DNA of 64,000 nucleotides from Candidatus Bathyarchaeota archaeon (GCA_963826715.1 CAWGYA010000005.1:96001-160000); one strand, 5' to 3'. Numbered from the stretch's first letter, positions 9,950-20,428 are shown. The notes: generated by a model not told the origin, from the letters alone. A program made the numbers and translations.

Positions 9950-11351
9950 CCTCTTCAAAGAAAGAATCCAACTCCAAAAAAATACAAAAGACATCCAAAC
10001 CGCCCAAGAAACACAAATCAACTCCCTCATAACCGACACAAAACGATTTTTCCAAGAAGCACTCGGCTTCACACCCTACCCATACCAAATAGAACTAGCC
10101 GACCTCTTCGAGAAAAACCAATTTTTAGCCATACGATGGCCAAGACAAACAGGCAAAAGCTTCACCGTCTCAGCTCTACTTCTAAAATACGCCTGGGAAC
10201 ATCCAAACAGCACCATAGCCATCGTAGGACCAAGCTGGAGACAAACCAAACTAAACCTAAGACGCATAAGCACCTTCGCCAAAAAACTCCCCCAACAACA
10301 ACTACGCACACAAAAAACCCGCATATCACTCCCAAACGACAGCGTCATCGAAGCCTTCCCCAACAACCCCGAAACCATCAGAGGACCAACATTCCAAGTC
10401 ATATGGATCGAAGAAGCCAACTTCATCCCAAACGACGAAGAACTCTACGACTCCATCCTATTCACCCTCGGAACAACAAACGGCAAACTAATCGCAACCT
10501 CAACACCATGGAACACCGACTCACTCTTCTGGAAAATGTGCAACCACAAAGATTACCAAGACTTCGCCCAATCACACCTGCACTGGAACGACGCCCTCGA
10601 ACCCAAAGGACCACTCAAACCCGCCATTGTAGAAAAAATAAAACGCCAATTCGGCGACGACCCACAACGATGGCGACGAGAAATGGAAGCAGAATGGGCA
10701 GAAGACGAAGACACCTGGCTCCCCCAAAGCCTAATCGTTAACTGCATCGGCACAACCAAAAACTGCGACCAAGACCTCCAAGAATACAACCCAGAAAACA
10801 ACTTCGAAGGCGACTTCTTCGCAGGACTAGATCTCGCCCAAACCAAAGACTACAGCGTACTCTCAATTGTTGAAAGACAAAATGACAAACTCTTTTTACG
10901 CCACCTCAAAATTTTCCAACAACCAACCCTCTACGCCCAAGTCTTAGGCTACCTAAAAACCCTACAAGACCGCTGGGGCGGATTCCAAAAAATCCGCATA
11001 GACTACACACGCGAAGGTCCAAGCATCATAGCTGATATGACAACAGCCGGCATAGACAACCCTGAAGGCGTAAACTTTAGTGTACCCAGAAAAAGCGAGA
11101 TGGCAAGCCTACTCAAACAACGCATGCTAAACAAACAATTCTTCTACCCCCTGCTCAACTGGGAAAGACCCTACCGAGGCGACATCTGCACAGAACTAAA
11201 CATAGAACGCTTCGACCTACGAAAAGACGGCACCATAGGCTACTCACACCCACACGGCACCCACGACGACGTATTCTGGAGCATAGCCCTAGCCGTATAC
11301 GCCACAGTTGAGATGGCACCCGAACCATTTCTAACAATCATCCCAAGGTGA
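9906..11351 (+). CDS. terL: Terminase large subunit (ATPase + RNase H-like nuclease), module 1
   Basis: PYPYQ adenine-binding motif, Walker A WPRQTGKS, GPSWRQT, Walker B VIWIEEA, coupling motif ATSTP, nuclease GLDLA...DYSV and GTHDDVFWSIALA. Likely start is ATG 9906 (ORF track starts at 9858). Confidence 0.9.
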   Translation: MPRLSKKCRTLNPSSLFKERIQLQKNTKDIQTAQETQINSLITDTKRFFQEALGFTPYPYQIELADLFEKNQFLAIRWPRQTGKSFTVSALLLKYAWEHPNSTIAIVGPSWRQTKLNLRRISTFAKKLPQQQLRTQKTRISLPNDSVIEAFPNNPETIRGPTFQVIWIEEANFIPNDEELYDSILFTLGTTNGKLIATSTPWNTDSLFWKMCNHKDYQDFAQSHLHWNDALEPKGPLKPAIVEKIKRQFGDDPQRWRREMEAEWAEDEDTWLPQSLIVNCIGTTKNCDQDLQEYNPENNFEGDFFAGLDLAQTKDYSVLSIVERQNDKLFLRHLKIFQQPTLYAQVLGYLKTLQDRWGGFQKIRIDYTREGPSIIADMTTAGIDNPEGVNFSVPRKSEMASLLKQRMLNKQFFYPLLNWERPYRGDICTELNIERFDLRKDGTIGYSHPHGTHDDVFWSIALAVYATVEMAPEPFLTIIPR

Positions 11352-11357
11352 CCCCAC

Positions 11358-12800
11358 ATGAGAAGACCAAACAACATCAAAATACAACAAATCAAACGAA
11401 TCTACAACCACACAGAAAACAAATTCACCTACAACATAAGCTACCAAACCCACACCAAACCAACACCAAGAACCATAGCCGTAGCAGAAGCATTCGGCTT
11501 AGGCATCGACGAAACACAAAAATTCCAAGTCCTAAATACAGAACTCAAAATCACCCCAACAGACATCGTCTACATCACAGGCGATTCAGGATCAGGCAAA
11601 AGCGTACTACTAAAAGCAATCCGATCAGACCTCGACCAAGAAGCCATAGAACTAACCGAAGTATCAATAGACCAAGACAAACCCCTAATCGAAACCATAG
11701 GCACCACAGTTGAGCAAGGCTTAGAGCTACTAAGCAAAGTAGGATTAAACGACGCCTTCCTCTTTCTACGCACATACAACCAACTCAGCGACGGCCAAAA
11801 ATACCGCTACAGAATCGCCAAACTCATCCAATCACAAAAACAATGGTGGCTCATGGACGAATTCGCTGCCTGCCTAGACCGAGACACAGCCAAAATCATC
11901 GCCTACAACCTACAAAAAATCGCCCGACAAAACGGCAAAGCAGTCATAGTAGCTACAACCCATAGCGATTTGTTTGAAGACCTAAAACCAAGCGTAATGG
12001 TTCACAAACGATTCGGAGAAGAAATACACATAGACTACTACCCAAACCAACCCGCCGCCCAATGCAGCCTAATTAAAGAGATGCAAATCGAAGAGGGAAC
12101 CAAACAGGATTGGCAAAAACTAAGCATTTTCCACTACCGAGGACACAAAACATCAGTTCCACGAAAAATCTTTCGAATAACAAGAAAAGACGAACTCTGC
12201 GGAGTTATCGTGTACTGTTATTCTCCACCAGCCTGCTACGGAAGACGCATGGTACTGCCAAAAATGACAATGCAACAGATAAACAATCAACTAAGCATCA
12301 TCAACCGAGTTGTTATCCACCCAAAGTACCGAACCATCGGTTTAGGCGCCAAACTAATTCAGCAAACCCTCCCCCAAACAGGCACCAAATACATAGAAAT
12401 GATCGCCGTCATGGCAAAATACAGCCCCTTTGCAGAAAAAGCAGGTATGCAAAAAATCACAGAACAAACAACAGTAGAAAGCATATCAGAAGTAATAGAC
12501 ACTCTCAAAGAGTTAGAATTTAATCTTCAACTCATCAGCAGCGACTCTTATGTCAAAGAAAAACTCTACAATCTCAAACAAACACAGATCGATAAGCTCA
12601 AAAAAGTCACCATAAAAAACAAGCATCCAAGATTCAAAAGAGAAGCAGTAGCAAATAGACATGCCCCCTACGGAAAAACCAGCGACTACATAAAATACAT
12701 CCAAAACGCAGATTATCTCATGATAGCAAAACTGATTAAAGTTCTCGCGACCCTATCCCAAACAAAAGTATACCTACTCTGGACCAAAAAACCTCAATAA
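11358..12800 (+). CDS. ABC-type ATPase fused to a GNAT acetyltransferase domain (virus-associated type)
   Basis: Walker A GDSGSGKS, ABC signature LSDGQKYR, Walker B LMDEF, then FHYR and GNAT motif A RVVIHPKYRTIGLG. No TM domains and no permease partner. Confidence 0.85.
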   Translation: MRRPNNIKIQQIKRIYNHTENKFTYNISYQTHTKPTPRTIAVAEAFGLGIDETQKFQVLNTELKITPTDIVYITGDSGSGKSVLLKAIRSDLDQEAIELTEVSIDQDKPLIETIGTTVEQGLELLSKVGLNDAFLFLRTYNQLSDGQKYRYRIAKLIQSQKQWWLMDEFAACLDRDTAKIIAYNLQKIARQNGKAVIVATTHSDLFEDLKPSVMVHKRFGEEIHIDYYPNQPAAQCSLIKEMQIEEGTKQDWQKLSIFHYRGHKTSVPRKIFRITRKDELCGVIVYCYSPPACYGRRMVLPKMTMQQINNQLSIINRVVIHPKYRTIGLGAKLIQQTLPQTGTKYIEMIAVMAKYSPFAEKAGMQKITEQTTVESISEVIDTLKELEFNLQLISSDSYVKEKLYNLKQTQIDKLKKVTIKNKHPRFKREAVANRHAPYGKTSDYIKYIQNADYLMIAKLIKVLATLSQTKVYLLWTKKPQ

Positions 12801-12939
12801 CAACACACCACAAACCAAAAAACAATCTAAACCAAATTTTGAACCTGAATTAACCCCTTGTCAAAAAGTCGTTTATGCAATAGATATTTATTTTTACAAC
12901 TATATATAACAAGCCTAACTTGGGTGGCTGGATTAAAAA

Positions 12940-13779
12940 GTGAAAATATGCATTATGGGTCTCGGCAACATAGGTTTACCTGTAGCGATTTACGCACGCG
13001 AATATTTTCCTAACGTCGTCGGCTACGACATCAACGAAAACGCGGTGACACGAGCTTTAACCAAAGGAGTCACAGCATCAACAGTTCCTGAATACGCCGA
13101 CGTGTTTGTTATCTGTGTTAACACTTACTTTAGAAATAACTTAGCTGATATGACAGCCATCGAAAGTTGCTGTCAACAAATAAGCAACCTAAACAATAAC
13201 GCATTAGTCTGCTTTGAATCAACCCTCGCAGTAGGCACCGCCAAAAAAATGGCTACAAAATACAGCCTAAAAAATACAGCGGTTTGCCCACACAGATGGT
13301 GGGAAGAAGACCAAGAAAACCATGGCGTAAAACAACTACGCGTCATAGGTGCATTCGACCACCAAGCCATGCAACAAGCCGAAGAATTTTACAAAAAACT
13401 CAAAATCCCCCTACACAAAGTTTCAACATTAGAAGTTGCAGAAGCCACAAAAATCGCCGAAAACGCCCACCGATACATCCAAATAGCCTTTGCAGAAGAA
13501 CTAAAACTCATAGCCGACAAAAACGGATTAGACTTTAACGAATGGCGAAACGCCATCAACACAAAATGGAATGTTGATCTACTCGAAGCCCGCAACGGCA
13601 TAGGCAAAGAATGCCTCCCCAAAGACACAGCATTTCTGGCAAGCATGTGCCCATGCCCCGGTATTCTAACTGGCGCAATGCAAACAAACGAAACCTACAC
13701 TCAAAATTGCGTCAAACCCCCAACAGCATCATACGAAAATGAGCCTTTGCTTACTATGCCTAAGCAGCACTCGAAATAA
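12940..13779 (+). CDS. Nucleotide-sugar dehydrogenase (UDP-glucose/UDP-ManNAc DH family), short form lacking the C-terminal domain
   Basis: GLGNIG Rossmann motif, FESTL, AEATKIAENAHR, catalytic-Cys motif GIGKECLPKD. Confidence 0.8.
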   Translation: MKICIMGLGNIGLPVAIYAREYFPNVVGYDINENAVTRALTKGVTASTVPEYADVFVICVNTYFRNNLADMTAIESCCQQISNLNNNALVCFESTLAVGTAKKMATKYSLKNTAVCPHRWWEEDQENHGVKQLRVIGAFDHQAMQQAEEFYKKLKIPLHKVSTLEVAEATKIAENAHRYIQIAFAEELKLIADKNGLDFNEWRNAINTKWNVDLLEARNGIGKECLPKDTAFLASMCPCPGILTGAMQTNETYTQNCVKPPTASYENEPLLTMPKQHSK

Positions 13780-13791
13780 GCTGGTACTGCA

Positions 13792-15024
13792 ATGCAACAC
13801 AAAAAAGTAATCATCGCAACCATAATTTGTGCTGTTATTCTTGTGTTGCTATATCGACTCTCACACATTTACAACCCCGCCCTTTTCGTCTACGCAATAG
13901 GCACCTCAACAGTGCTAGGGTTAGTTCTCACCTTATCAGTCAAATACAAATCAGTCCCAGTCGACCCAAACTACCAACCCAAAGTAAGCATAGTCCTCGC
14001 TGTTTTCAACGAACCCTTAGAAGTTCTCAAAAAAGTAATAGACTCCACACTAAACGCAAAATACCCCCAAGACAAAAAAGAAATCATCGTCGTCGACGAC
14101 GGAAGCGCCAACGACTCAGTAAAACAACTCAGCAAACTCATAGATCCAAACCAAGTCAAACTCATCTACTTCGAGAAAAACCGCGGCAACAAATTCGCAC
14201 GAATGGAAGGCATCCGCGCCTCAACAGGCGAAATCCTGGTCTTCTTAGACTCTGACACCACACTCGACGAAAACTCACTACTAAACATCGTAGCCCCATT
14301 CAAAAACCCCAAAGTAGGTTCAGTAAGCGGCCACTTAACCGTACAAAACTGGAGCAAAAACCTACTCACCAAATTCCAAGAAGTCTGGTACTTCATCGGC
14401 TTCCGCGTCTACAGAGGCGCTGAATCCGAAATCGGAATGGTCTCCTGCTGCGCAGGCGCCTTTTCAGCACACCGCCGAGCAGCAATTACAACCCAAATAG
14501 AACACGAATGGCTCTACGGCAAATTTATGGGCTTAGAAGTAACCGCAGGCGTCGACCGCGCCATAACAAACTTAATCATCCGAGAAGGCTACGACGCAGT
14601 CTACCAAATGGACGCAGTCGCCCAAACAGAAGTCCCAGAAACCACCAAAAAATTCCTAAACCAACAAGTCAGATGGACAAAAAGCTGGATACGCGAAACA
14701 CTATACATGATGACCTTTGCATACAAACGAAAATCAAAAAGCATCTTCTTCTACCTCAGCACACTTGTGCACTTTGTTAACTATGCCTTTTTAGTCTTCA
14801 TGCTCTACCTTTGCCCCTTCCTCATCCAAGACGGATGGATGGGCACAGTATTTTACCTATTCAGCCTATCCCTACTAGGACTACTCTACGCCCTCTACGC
14901 AAGAAAACACACGCACGCATGGACTTCACGCATTACATTCCAACTCATATTCTCTGTCATAAGCGTCCCCATCTTCATCTACAGCCTCTTCACTTTGAAA
15001 AACAAAAAATGGGGCACCCGATAA
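13792..15024 (+). CDS. Processive GT2 glycosyltransferase, hyaluronan synthase / NodC-like
   Basis: DDGS, DSD, CCAGAFSAHRR, GVDR (aligns with GDDR) and QQVRW motifs. N- and C-terminal TM helices, ends in KWGTR. Confidence 0.85.
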   Translation: MQHKKVIIATIICAVILVLLYRLSHIYNPALFVYAIGTSTVLGLVLTLSVKYKSVPVDPNYQPKVSIVLAVFNEPLEVLKKVIDSTLNAKYPQDKKEIIVVDDGSANDSVKQLSKLIDPNQVKLIYFEKNRGNKFARMEGIRASTGEILVFLDSDTTLDENSLLNIVAPFKNPKVGSVSGHLTVQNWSKNLLTKFQEVWYFIGFRVYRGAESEIGMVSCCAGAFSAHRRAAITTQIEHEWLYGKFMGLEVTAGVDRAITNLIIREGYDAVYQMDAVAQTEVPETTKKFLNQQVRWTKSWIRETLYMMTFAYKRKSKSIFFYLSTLVHFVNYAFLVFMLYLCPFLIQDGWMGTVFYLFSLSLLGLLYALYARKHTHAWTSRITFQLIFSVISVPIFIYSLFTLKNKKWGTR

Positions 15025-15122
15025 CAAAACTAACTACCAGTTGGACAAATACACCTAAAAACCAAAAGTGATAAACACACCAACAGTTAACTTACAAAGA
15101 CAATCGACTGGATGAATCAGAA

Positions 15123-16715
15123 ATGAGCAAAGCTACCGAAATGGCAAAGGTTTCAGCGAAAGGTAGCGTAAACGTCCTATTCGGGCTTGTTGTATCAACC
15201 CTCATCTCAGCCATCGGCACCATCCTCATCGCCCGATTTTTAGGCGAAGACAACATGGGACTCTACACAATCGCCCTAGCCGCACCCAACCTCATCGTAA
15301 CATTCAGAGACTGGGGCGTAACCACAGCTATGGTTAAATATTCAGCCCAATACAACAGCGAAAACGACATAACAAAAATACGCAGCATCTTCGTCTCAGG
15401 ACTCGCCTTCGAAATCATTGTCGGAGTAGCACTAACAATTGTCTCCATTGCCCTATCAGGATTTCTAGCAAACCTATTTTCACGACCCGCCATAGCACAG
15501 CTAATCCAAATCTCTTCACTATTCATCTTAACAGGCGCATTAGTCAACACCGCCACAGCCGCCTTCACCGGCATGGAACGCATGCACCTCAACAGCGTCA
15601 TGATGATTACCCAAGCAGTAATCAAAACAGGCTTGATACTAGCCCTGGTACTCTTCGGCCTAGGAACATTCGGCGCAGTGGCAGGCAACACAATCGCAAT
15701 CCTAATCGCCGGCATAGTCGGCGTCTTGCTCATGTTCACCATATACCGAACACTACCCAAATCAAATAACAACAAATTAGAATTACTAAAAACCATCAAA
15801 ACAATGCTACGCTACGGACTACCCCTCTCGATAGGCGTAATCATCACAGGCTTCCTAACCACATACTACAACTACATAATGGCATATTTTGTCACTGACA
15901 ACGCAGCCATCGGAAACTACTCAGTCGCAGCAAACTTCATAATTTTAATTACCTTCTTCGCAACACCAGTAACCACCATGCTGCTCCCAGCTTTCTCCAA
16001 ACTAGATTACAGAAAACAACCCGACCTTCTCAAAAACGTCTTCCAATACTCAGTAAAATATGCAGCACTCCTAGTTATGCCCGTGGCAGTAATGGTCATG
16101 GCTCTCGCCCAACCCGCCATCAGCACAATATTCCAAGAAACCTACACCCAAGCACCCATCTACCTCGCCCTACTATCAGCAACTTACCTTTTAGCAGCAC
16201 TAGGCAATTTAAGCATCCCAAACCTGATCAACAGTCAAGGCGACACAAAATACAGCCTAAAACTATCCATACTCACCGTATTAGTAGGCTTCCCACTAAG
16301 CTTCATCTTAGTATCCCAGTTCGGCATAATCGGTTTAATATTTACAACAATAATTGCCGGTCTCCCAAGTTTATTCTTAGGATTACGTTTCCTAAAACAA
16401 CGCTACGGAGTATCAATCAACTGGGCATCCTCGATAAAAATCTCACTATCATCAGCAATAGCTGGTATACTAACCTTTTTTATAGCCACCAATCTACCTT
16501 TCAGCAGCCCCATACGACTAATCATCGGAGCAGTTCTATTCTTAGCCATTTTCATGGTTGCAATAATACTTACCAGAAGCTTAGATAGAGCCGACATGCA
16601 TAACATTCGAGAAATCGTAAGTGGACTAGGCCCACTCAATAAACCCTTAACTATAATCGTTAACCTGATTGAAAAATTAATGCCAAAACAAAAAACCCCC
16701 AAAACCTCAACCTAA
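15123..16715 (+). CDS. Oligosaccharide flippase (Wzx/MOP superfamily)
   Basis: About 14 hydrophobic segments, 'IARFLGEDNMGLY' and 'AIGNYSVA' flippase-type motifs, within a glycan locus. Confidence 0.85.
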   Translation: MSKATEMAKVSAKGSVNVLFGLVVSTLISAIGTILIARFLGEDNMGLYTIALAAPNLIVTFRDWGVTTAMVKYSAQYNSENDITKIRSIFVSGLAFEIIVGVALTIVSIALSGFLANLFSRPAIAQLIQISSLFILTGALVNTATAAFTGMERMHLNSVMMITQAVIKTGLILALVLFGLGTFGAVAGNTIAILIAGIVGVLLMFTIYRTLPKSNNNKLELLKTIKTMLRYGLPLSIGVIITGFLTTYYNYIMAYFVTDNAAIGNYSVAANFIILITFFATPVTTMLLPAFSKLDYRKQPDLLKNVFQYSVKYAALLVMPVAVMVMALAQPAISTIFQETYTQAPIYLALLSATYLLAALGNLSIPNLINSQGDTKYSLKLSILTVLVGFPLSFILVSQFGIIGLIFTTIIAGLPSLFLGLRFLKQRYGVSINWASSIKISLSSAIAGILTFFIATNLPFSSPIRLIIGAVLFLAIFMVAIILTRSLDRADMHNIREIVSGLGPLNKPLTIIVNLIEKLMPKQKTPKTST

Positions 16716-16900
16716 AAACATTAAATTGCATCCAATTTCGATTAAATAAAAACAGAAAAAATTGCTAAATTTACACTAACTCTCGGCTCAAAAAACGCAC
16801 CAAAAAATTCAAACGCCACCGCAAAATCAGAACCCCAAATACACAAATTTTTAGTACAGGCGCTATAGCATTATTAAGATGCATTGCTTTGGGGAATGAT

Positions 16901-17959
16901 ATGAAAGCGCTTGTTCTCAGCGGCGGAAAAGGAACACGACTTCGCCCTTTAACATTTACCTGTGCCAAACAATTAATACCTGTGGCAAATAAACCCATTT
17001 TAGGCTACGTTCTCGACCAAATTGAAGCCACCACCATAAAAAAGGTAGGCATAATCACTGCACCTGAAACTGGACATTTCGTTGAAACCTACGTCGGAGA
17101 CGGCAAAGACTGGCAACTAAACGTATGCTATATCCCCCAACAACCTCTGGGACTAGCACACGCTGTAAAAACAGCCAAAAAATTTCTTGGAAAAGATTCT
17201 TTTGTTATGTGTCTAGGCGACAACGTCACAGGACAGGGCTTACAGGGGTTTATCAAAAAATTTAAAACAGAAAAATTAGACGCCCTCATAATCCTCAAAG
17301 AAGTCGAGAACCCCTCAAGCTTCGGCATCGCCAAACTCGACGAACAAGGCAACATTATCAAACTTTTCGAGAAACCAAAAACACCCATGGGAAACCTCGC
17401 AATCATAGGCACCTACCTCTTTTCAAACAAAGTCCACGACGCTATCGAACGAATAAAACCATCTTGGAGAGGAGAACTGGAAATCACCGACGCCATCCAA
17501 GAAATGATAAACATGGGCTTCACTGTCAAAGCAGAAATCCTAAATTCCTGGTGGCTAGACACCGGAAAGAAAGATGACATACTTTCCGCCAACGCCAAAA
17601 TCCTCGACGAATACATCCAACGAGATATCAAAGGCTCAGTCACAGGCAGCGTAGTAGACGGTCGAGTTAAAGTAGCGGCAGAATCAAAAATCATCAACAG
17701 CACCATCCGCGGTCCTTGCGTAATCGGCAAAAACGTCATGATAGAGAACTCCTTCATAGGCCCCTACACAAGTATTGGTGACGGATCCTCAATTAGCAAC
17801 TCTAACATCGAATACTGCGTAATTCAAGACTGCGTATTAATCAAAGATATTGAGCGATTAGAAGACAGTTTAATCGGAAAAAACGCAAAAGTAACCCGTA
17901 ACAACAGAAACCGCACATTGAAGTTGCATGTCGGCGAATACTCGGAGCTTGAAGTTTAG
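16901..17959 (+). CDS. rmlA: Glucose-1-phosphate thymidylyltransferase (long form)
   Basis: LSGGKGTRLRPLT, KQLIPVANKP, LEITDA, WLDTG, C-terminal left-handed beta-helix. First gene of the rml operon. Confidence 0.93.
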   Translation: MKALVLSGGKGTRLRPLTFTCAKQLIPVANKPILGYVLDQIEATTIKKVGIITAPETGHFVETYVGDGKDWQLNVCYIPQQPLGLAHAVKTAKKFLGKDSFVMCLGDNVTGQGLQGFIKKFKTEKLDALIILKEVENPSSFGIAKLDEQGNIIKLFEKPKTPMGNLAIIGTYLFSNKVHDAIERIKPSWRGELEITDAIQEMINMGFTVKAEILNSWWLDTGKKDDILSANAKILDEYIQRDIKGSVTGSVVDGRVKVAAESKIINSTIRGPCVIGKNVMIENSFIGPYTSIGDGSSISNSNIEYCVIQDCVLIKDIERLEDSLIGKNAKVTRNNRNRTLKLHVGEYSELEV

Positions 17960-18019
17960 CGAAAAAAGAGAACATTATATAAACATTTTCAAATGATATC
18001 TTTGTGGCGGAAAATTACT

Positions 18020-18523
18020 ATGTTAAATGGCGTAAGAATTAAATCGATAAAACGGTTACCTGACGAACGCGGCTTTTTCTGCGAAGCAATGCGAACAGAC
18101 TGGACAGACCTATTCGACCAAGACATCATAGCACAAGCCAATTTCTCCTTCACTTACCCAAATATTATTCGCGCATGGCACCGCCACCTAAGAGGACAAG
18201 TAGACTATTTTTTAGCACTAAAAGGAACAATCAAAATCTGTGCCTTCGACGAAAAAACCCAAGAACTCAACGAAATAGTTTCAACTGGCACAGATCTGCA
18301 AATAGTTCGGATTCCAGGACACTACTGGCATGGCTTTAAAGCAGTAGGCAATGAACCCGCCATGCTAATATATTTCACCACAAACCTCTACGACCCAAAA
18401 AACCCCGACGAAGAACGCCGAGACTGGAATGACCCAACACTCATCCCAAAAATCATCAACGGTAAAACATCAAATCCACGTGTTGGCAAAAACTGGGACT
18501 GGAACTATCCACCCCACAAGTGA
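18020..18523 (+). CDS. rmlC: dTDP-4-dehydrorhamnose 3,5-epimerase
   Basis: DERGFFCE, IRAWHRH and WHGF cupin motifs, plus operon context. Confidence 0.9.
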   Translation: MLNGVRIKSIKRLPDERGFFCEAMRTDWTDLFDQDIIAQANFSFTYPNIIRAWHRHLRGQVDYFLALKGTIKICAFDEKTQELNEIVSTGTDLQIVRIPGHYWHGFKAVGNEPAMLIYFTTNLYDPKNPDEERRDWNDPTLIPKIINGKTSNPRVGKNWDWNYPPHK

Positions 18524-18533
18524 GTGATAAACT

Positions 18534-19541
18534 ATGAAAGTATTAGTTACAGGCGGTTTAGGATTTATAGGCAGCAACTTCTGCAAGCACATGCTTGCAA
18601 CCTTCCCCGATATTGAACTGATTAACGTGGACAAAATAGGCATAGGCGCCAACCCGGCAAACCTACACGACATCGAAAACGACAAACGCTACACATTCAT
18701 CAAAGGCGACATCTGCAACCCACAACTAATAAACCGCCTCATCCACCAAGTTGACGCCATAGTCAACATAGCAGCCGAAACCCACGTGGACCGAAGCATA
18801 GCTGACCCAAACATCTTCTTGCAAAACAACACCGTAGGTACCTTCGTAATTCTAGAAGCCATCAGACGCCACAATCACAAAGCAAAACTTGTACAGATCT
18901 CAACCGACGAAGTCTACGGCGAAGCACTCCAAGGATCATTCACAGAAAACACACCCCCTAAACCATCCAATCCCTACTCAGCCTCAAAAGCAGCCGCCGA
19001 CATGTTCGTACTATCCTACCACAAAACATACGGCTTAAACGTCTCAATCACAAGATGCACCAACAACTTCGGCCCCAACCAGCTACCAGAAAAACTAATC
19101 CCAAAAACAGTCATCCGCGCACTACGCGACTTGCCAATACCCATATATGGCAAAGGCAACAACATCCGCGACTGGATATACGTCACCGACCACTGCCAAG
19201 CAATCAGCACAGTGCTCGAGAAAGGCAAACCAGGAGAAATCTACAACATCTCCGCAGAAAACGAATTAGCAAACCTCGACATTGTCAAAAAAATCATCAA
19301 ACAGCTAAACAAACCCGAAAGCCTAATCACCTTCGTTGAGGACCGCCCCGGACATGATGTTCGCTACAGCTTAGATTCCTCAAAACTCCGCAACGAACTA
19401 GGCTGGAAACCAAAAGCAAACTTTGCACAAGCCTTGCACTCCACCGTGCAATGGTATTTAACCAACGAACATTGGTGGACACCATTCGCCACCGACGTGA
19501 TTCTCCATCCAACACCATGGAAACTAGGCGCACTCCATTGA
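18534..19541 (+). CDS. rmlB: dTDP-glucose 4,6-dehydratase
   Basis: TGGLGFIGSNF, AAETHVDRSI, STDEVYG, YSASK, DRPGHDVRY. Confidence 0.95.
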   Translation: MKVLVTGGLGFIGSNFCKHMLATFPDIELINVDKIGIGANPANLHDIENDKRYTFIKGDICNPQLINRLIHQVDAIVNIAAETHVDRSIADPNIFLQNNTVGTFVILEAIRRHNHKAKLVQISTDEVYGEALQGSFTENTPPKPSNPYSASKAAADMFVLSYHKTYGLNVSITRCTNNFGPNQLPEKLIPKTVIRALRDLPIPIYGKGNNIRDWIYVTDHCQAISTVLEKGKPGEIYNISAENELANLDIVKKIIKQLNKPESLITFVEDRPGHDVRYSLDSSKLRNELGWKPKANFAQALHSTVQWYLTNEHWWTPFATDVILHPTPWKLGALH

Positions 19542-20428
19542 AACTACTCATCACCGGAGCCAGCGGACTCTACGGCTCCAAACTGGCTCAAATAGCCCTC
19601 GATAGAGGCATAACCGTTTACTCCAGTGCCATCCAGAACCTTTCAGCCTATGGGCGCTTTGTTGAACTCGACATCACTAACAAAACTCAGGTAGAAGCAG
19701 TTTTCAACGACATAAAACCCGATATTGTAGTTCACGCTGCTAGCCTAACCGATGTCGACAAATGCGAAACAAATAAGGCTCTGGCTTGGAAAGTCAACGT
19801 TGACGGAACAAAAAACATAATTCAAGCATCACAAAAAACAAACTCCTTCGTGATTTACATATCTTCAGACTACATTTTCAGCGGAGACAAAGGGCACTAC
19901 AAAGAAAACGACACACCTGACCCAGTAAACTACTACGGTACAACCAAAATGGAAGCCGAAGAAATCGTCAAAAACCTCCCCGAATACTTCATCGCCCGCC
20001 CCAGCGTAATCTACGGCGCCACACCAACAGCTGGAAAAGTCAACTTTGCACTTTGGCTAATTGAAGCCCTCAAAAAAGGCGAACGCGTCAAAATCTTAAC
20101 CGACCAATATAACACACCCACCCTCAACACCAACCTAGCCCAAATGACCCTGGAAGCCGCAGAGCGACACCTGACAGGAATTTACCATTTATGTGGCTCC
20201 ACACGAGTAAGCCGCTACGAATTCGCAATACAACTCGCAGAAGTTTTCGACCTAAACAAAGAATTAATCGATAAAGCTCTCTCAGCACAATTTTCCTGGC
20301 CCGCCCAACGCCCCCTGGACTCTTCACTAGATACCACCAAAGCACAACAAAACCTGAAATGCAAACCACTTGAGTTAACTGATGCGTTTAAGCAACTAAA
20401 ACAAGAGTTAATCCAAAAACACAGTTAG
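19538..20428 (+). CDS. rmlD: dTDP-4-dehydrorhamnose reductase
   Basis: TGASGLYG, TDVDKCE, SSDYIFSG, YYGTTK. Likely TTG start at 19538 overlapping the rmlB stop. Confidence 0.92.
   Translation: MKLLITGASGLYGSKLAQIALDRGITVYSSAIQNLSAYGRFVELDITNKTQVEAVFNDIKPDIVVHAASLTDVDKCETNKALAWKVNVDGTKNIIQASQKTNSFVIYISSDYIFSGDKGHYKENDTPDPVNYYGTTKMEAEEIVKNLPEYFIARPSVIYGATPTAGKVNFALWLIEALKKGERVKILTDQYNTPTLNTNLAQMTLEAAERHLTGIYHLCGSTRVSRYEFAIQLAEVFDLNKELIDKALSAQFSWPAQRPLDSSLDTTKAQQNLKCKPLELTDAFKQLKQELIQKHS

Noticed and set aside
11358-12800. Annotation as an ABC transporter ATP-binding subunit
   Set aside because: No permease or binding-protein genes are adjacent. The GNAT fusion and terminase linkage indicate a non-transport ATPase.
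10136-14780. Long alternative-frame + strand ORFs rich in Thr/Pro/Gln/Arg (e.g. 10136-10741, 11348-11713, 13827-14255)
   Set aside because: By-products of the T-poor, A/C-rich strand (few stop codons). They overlap well-supported genes and have no motifs.
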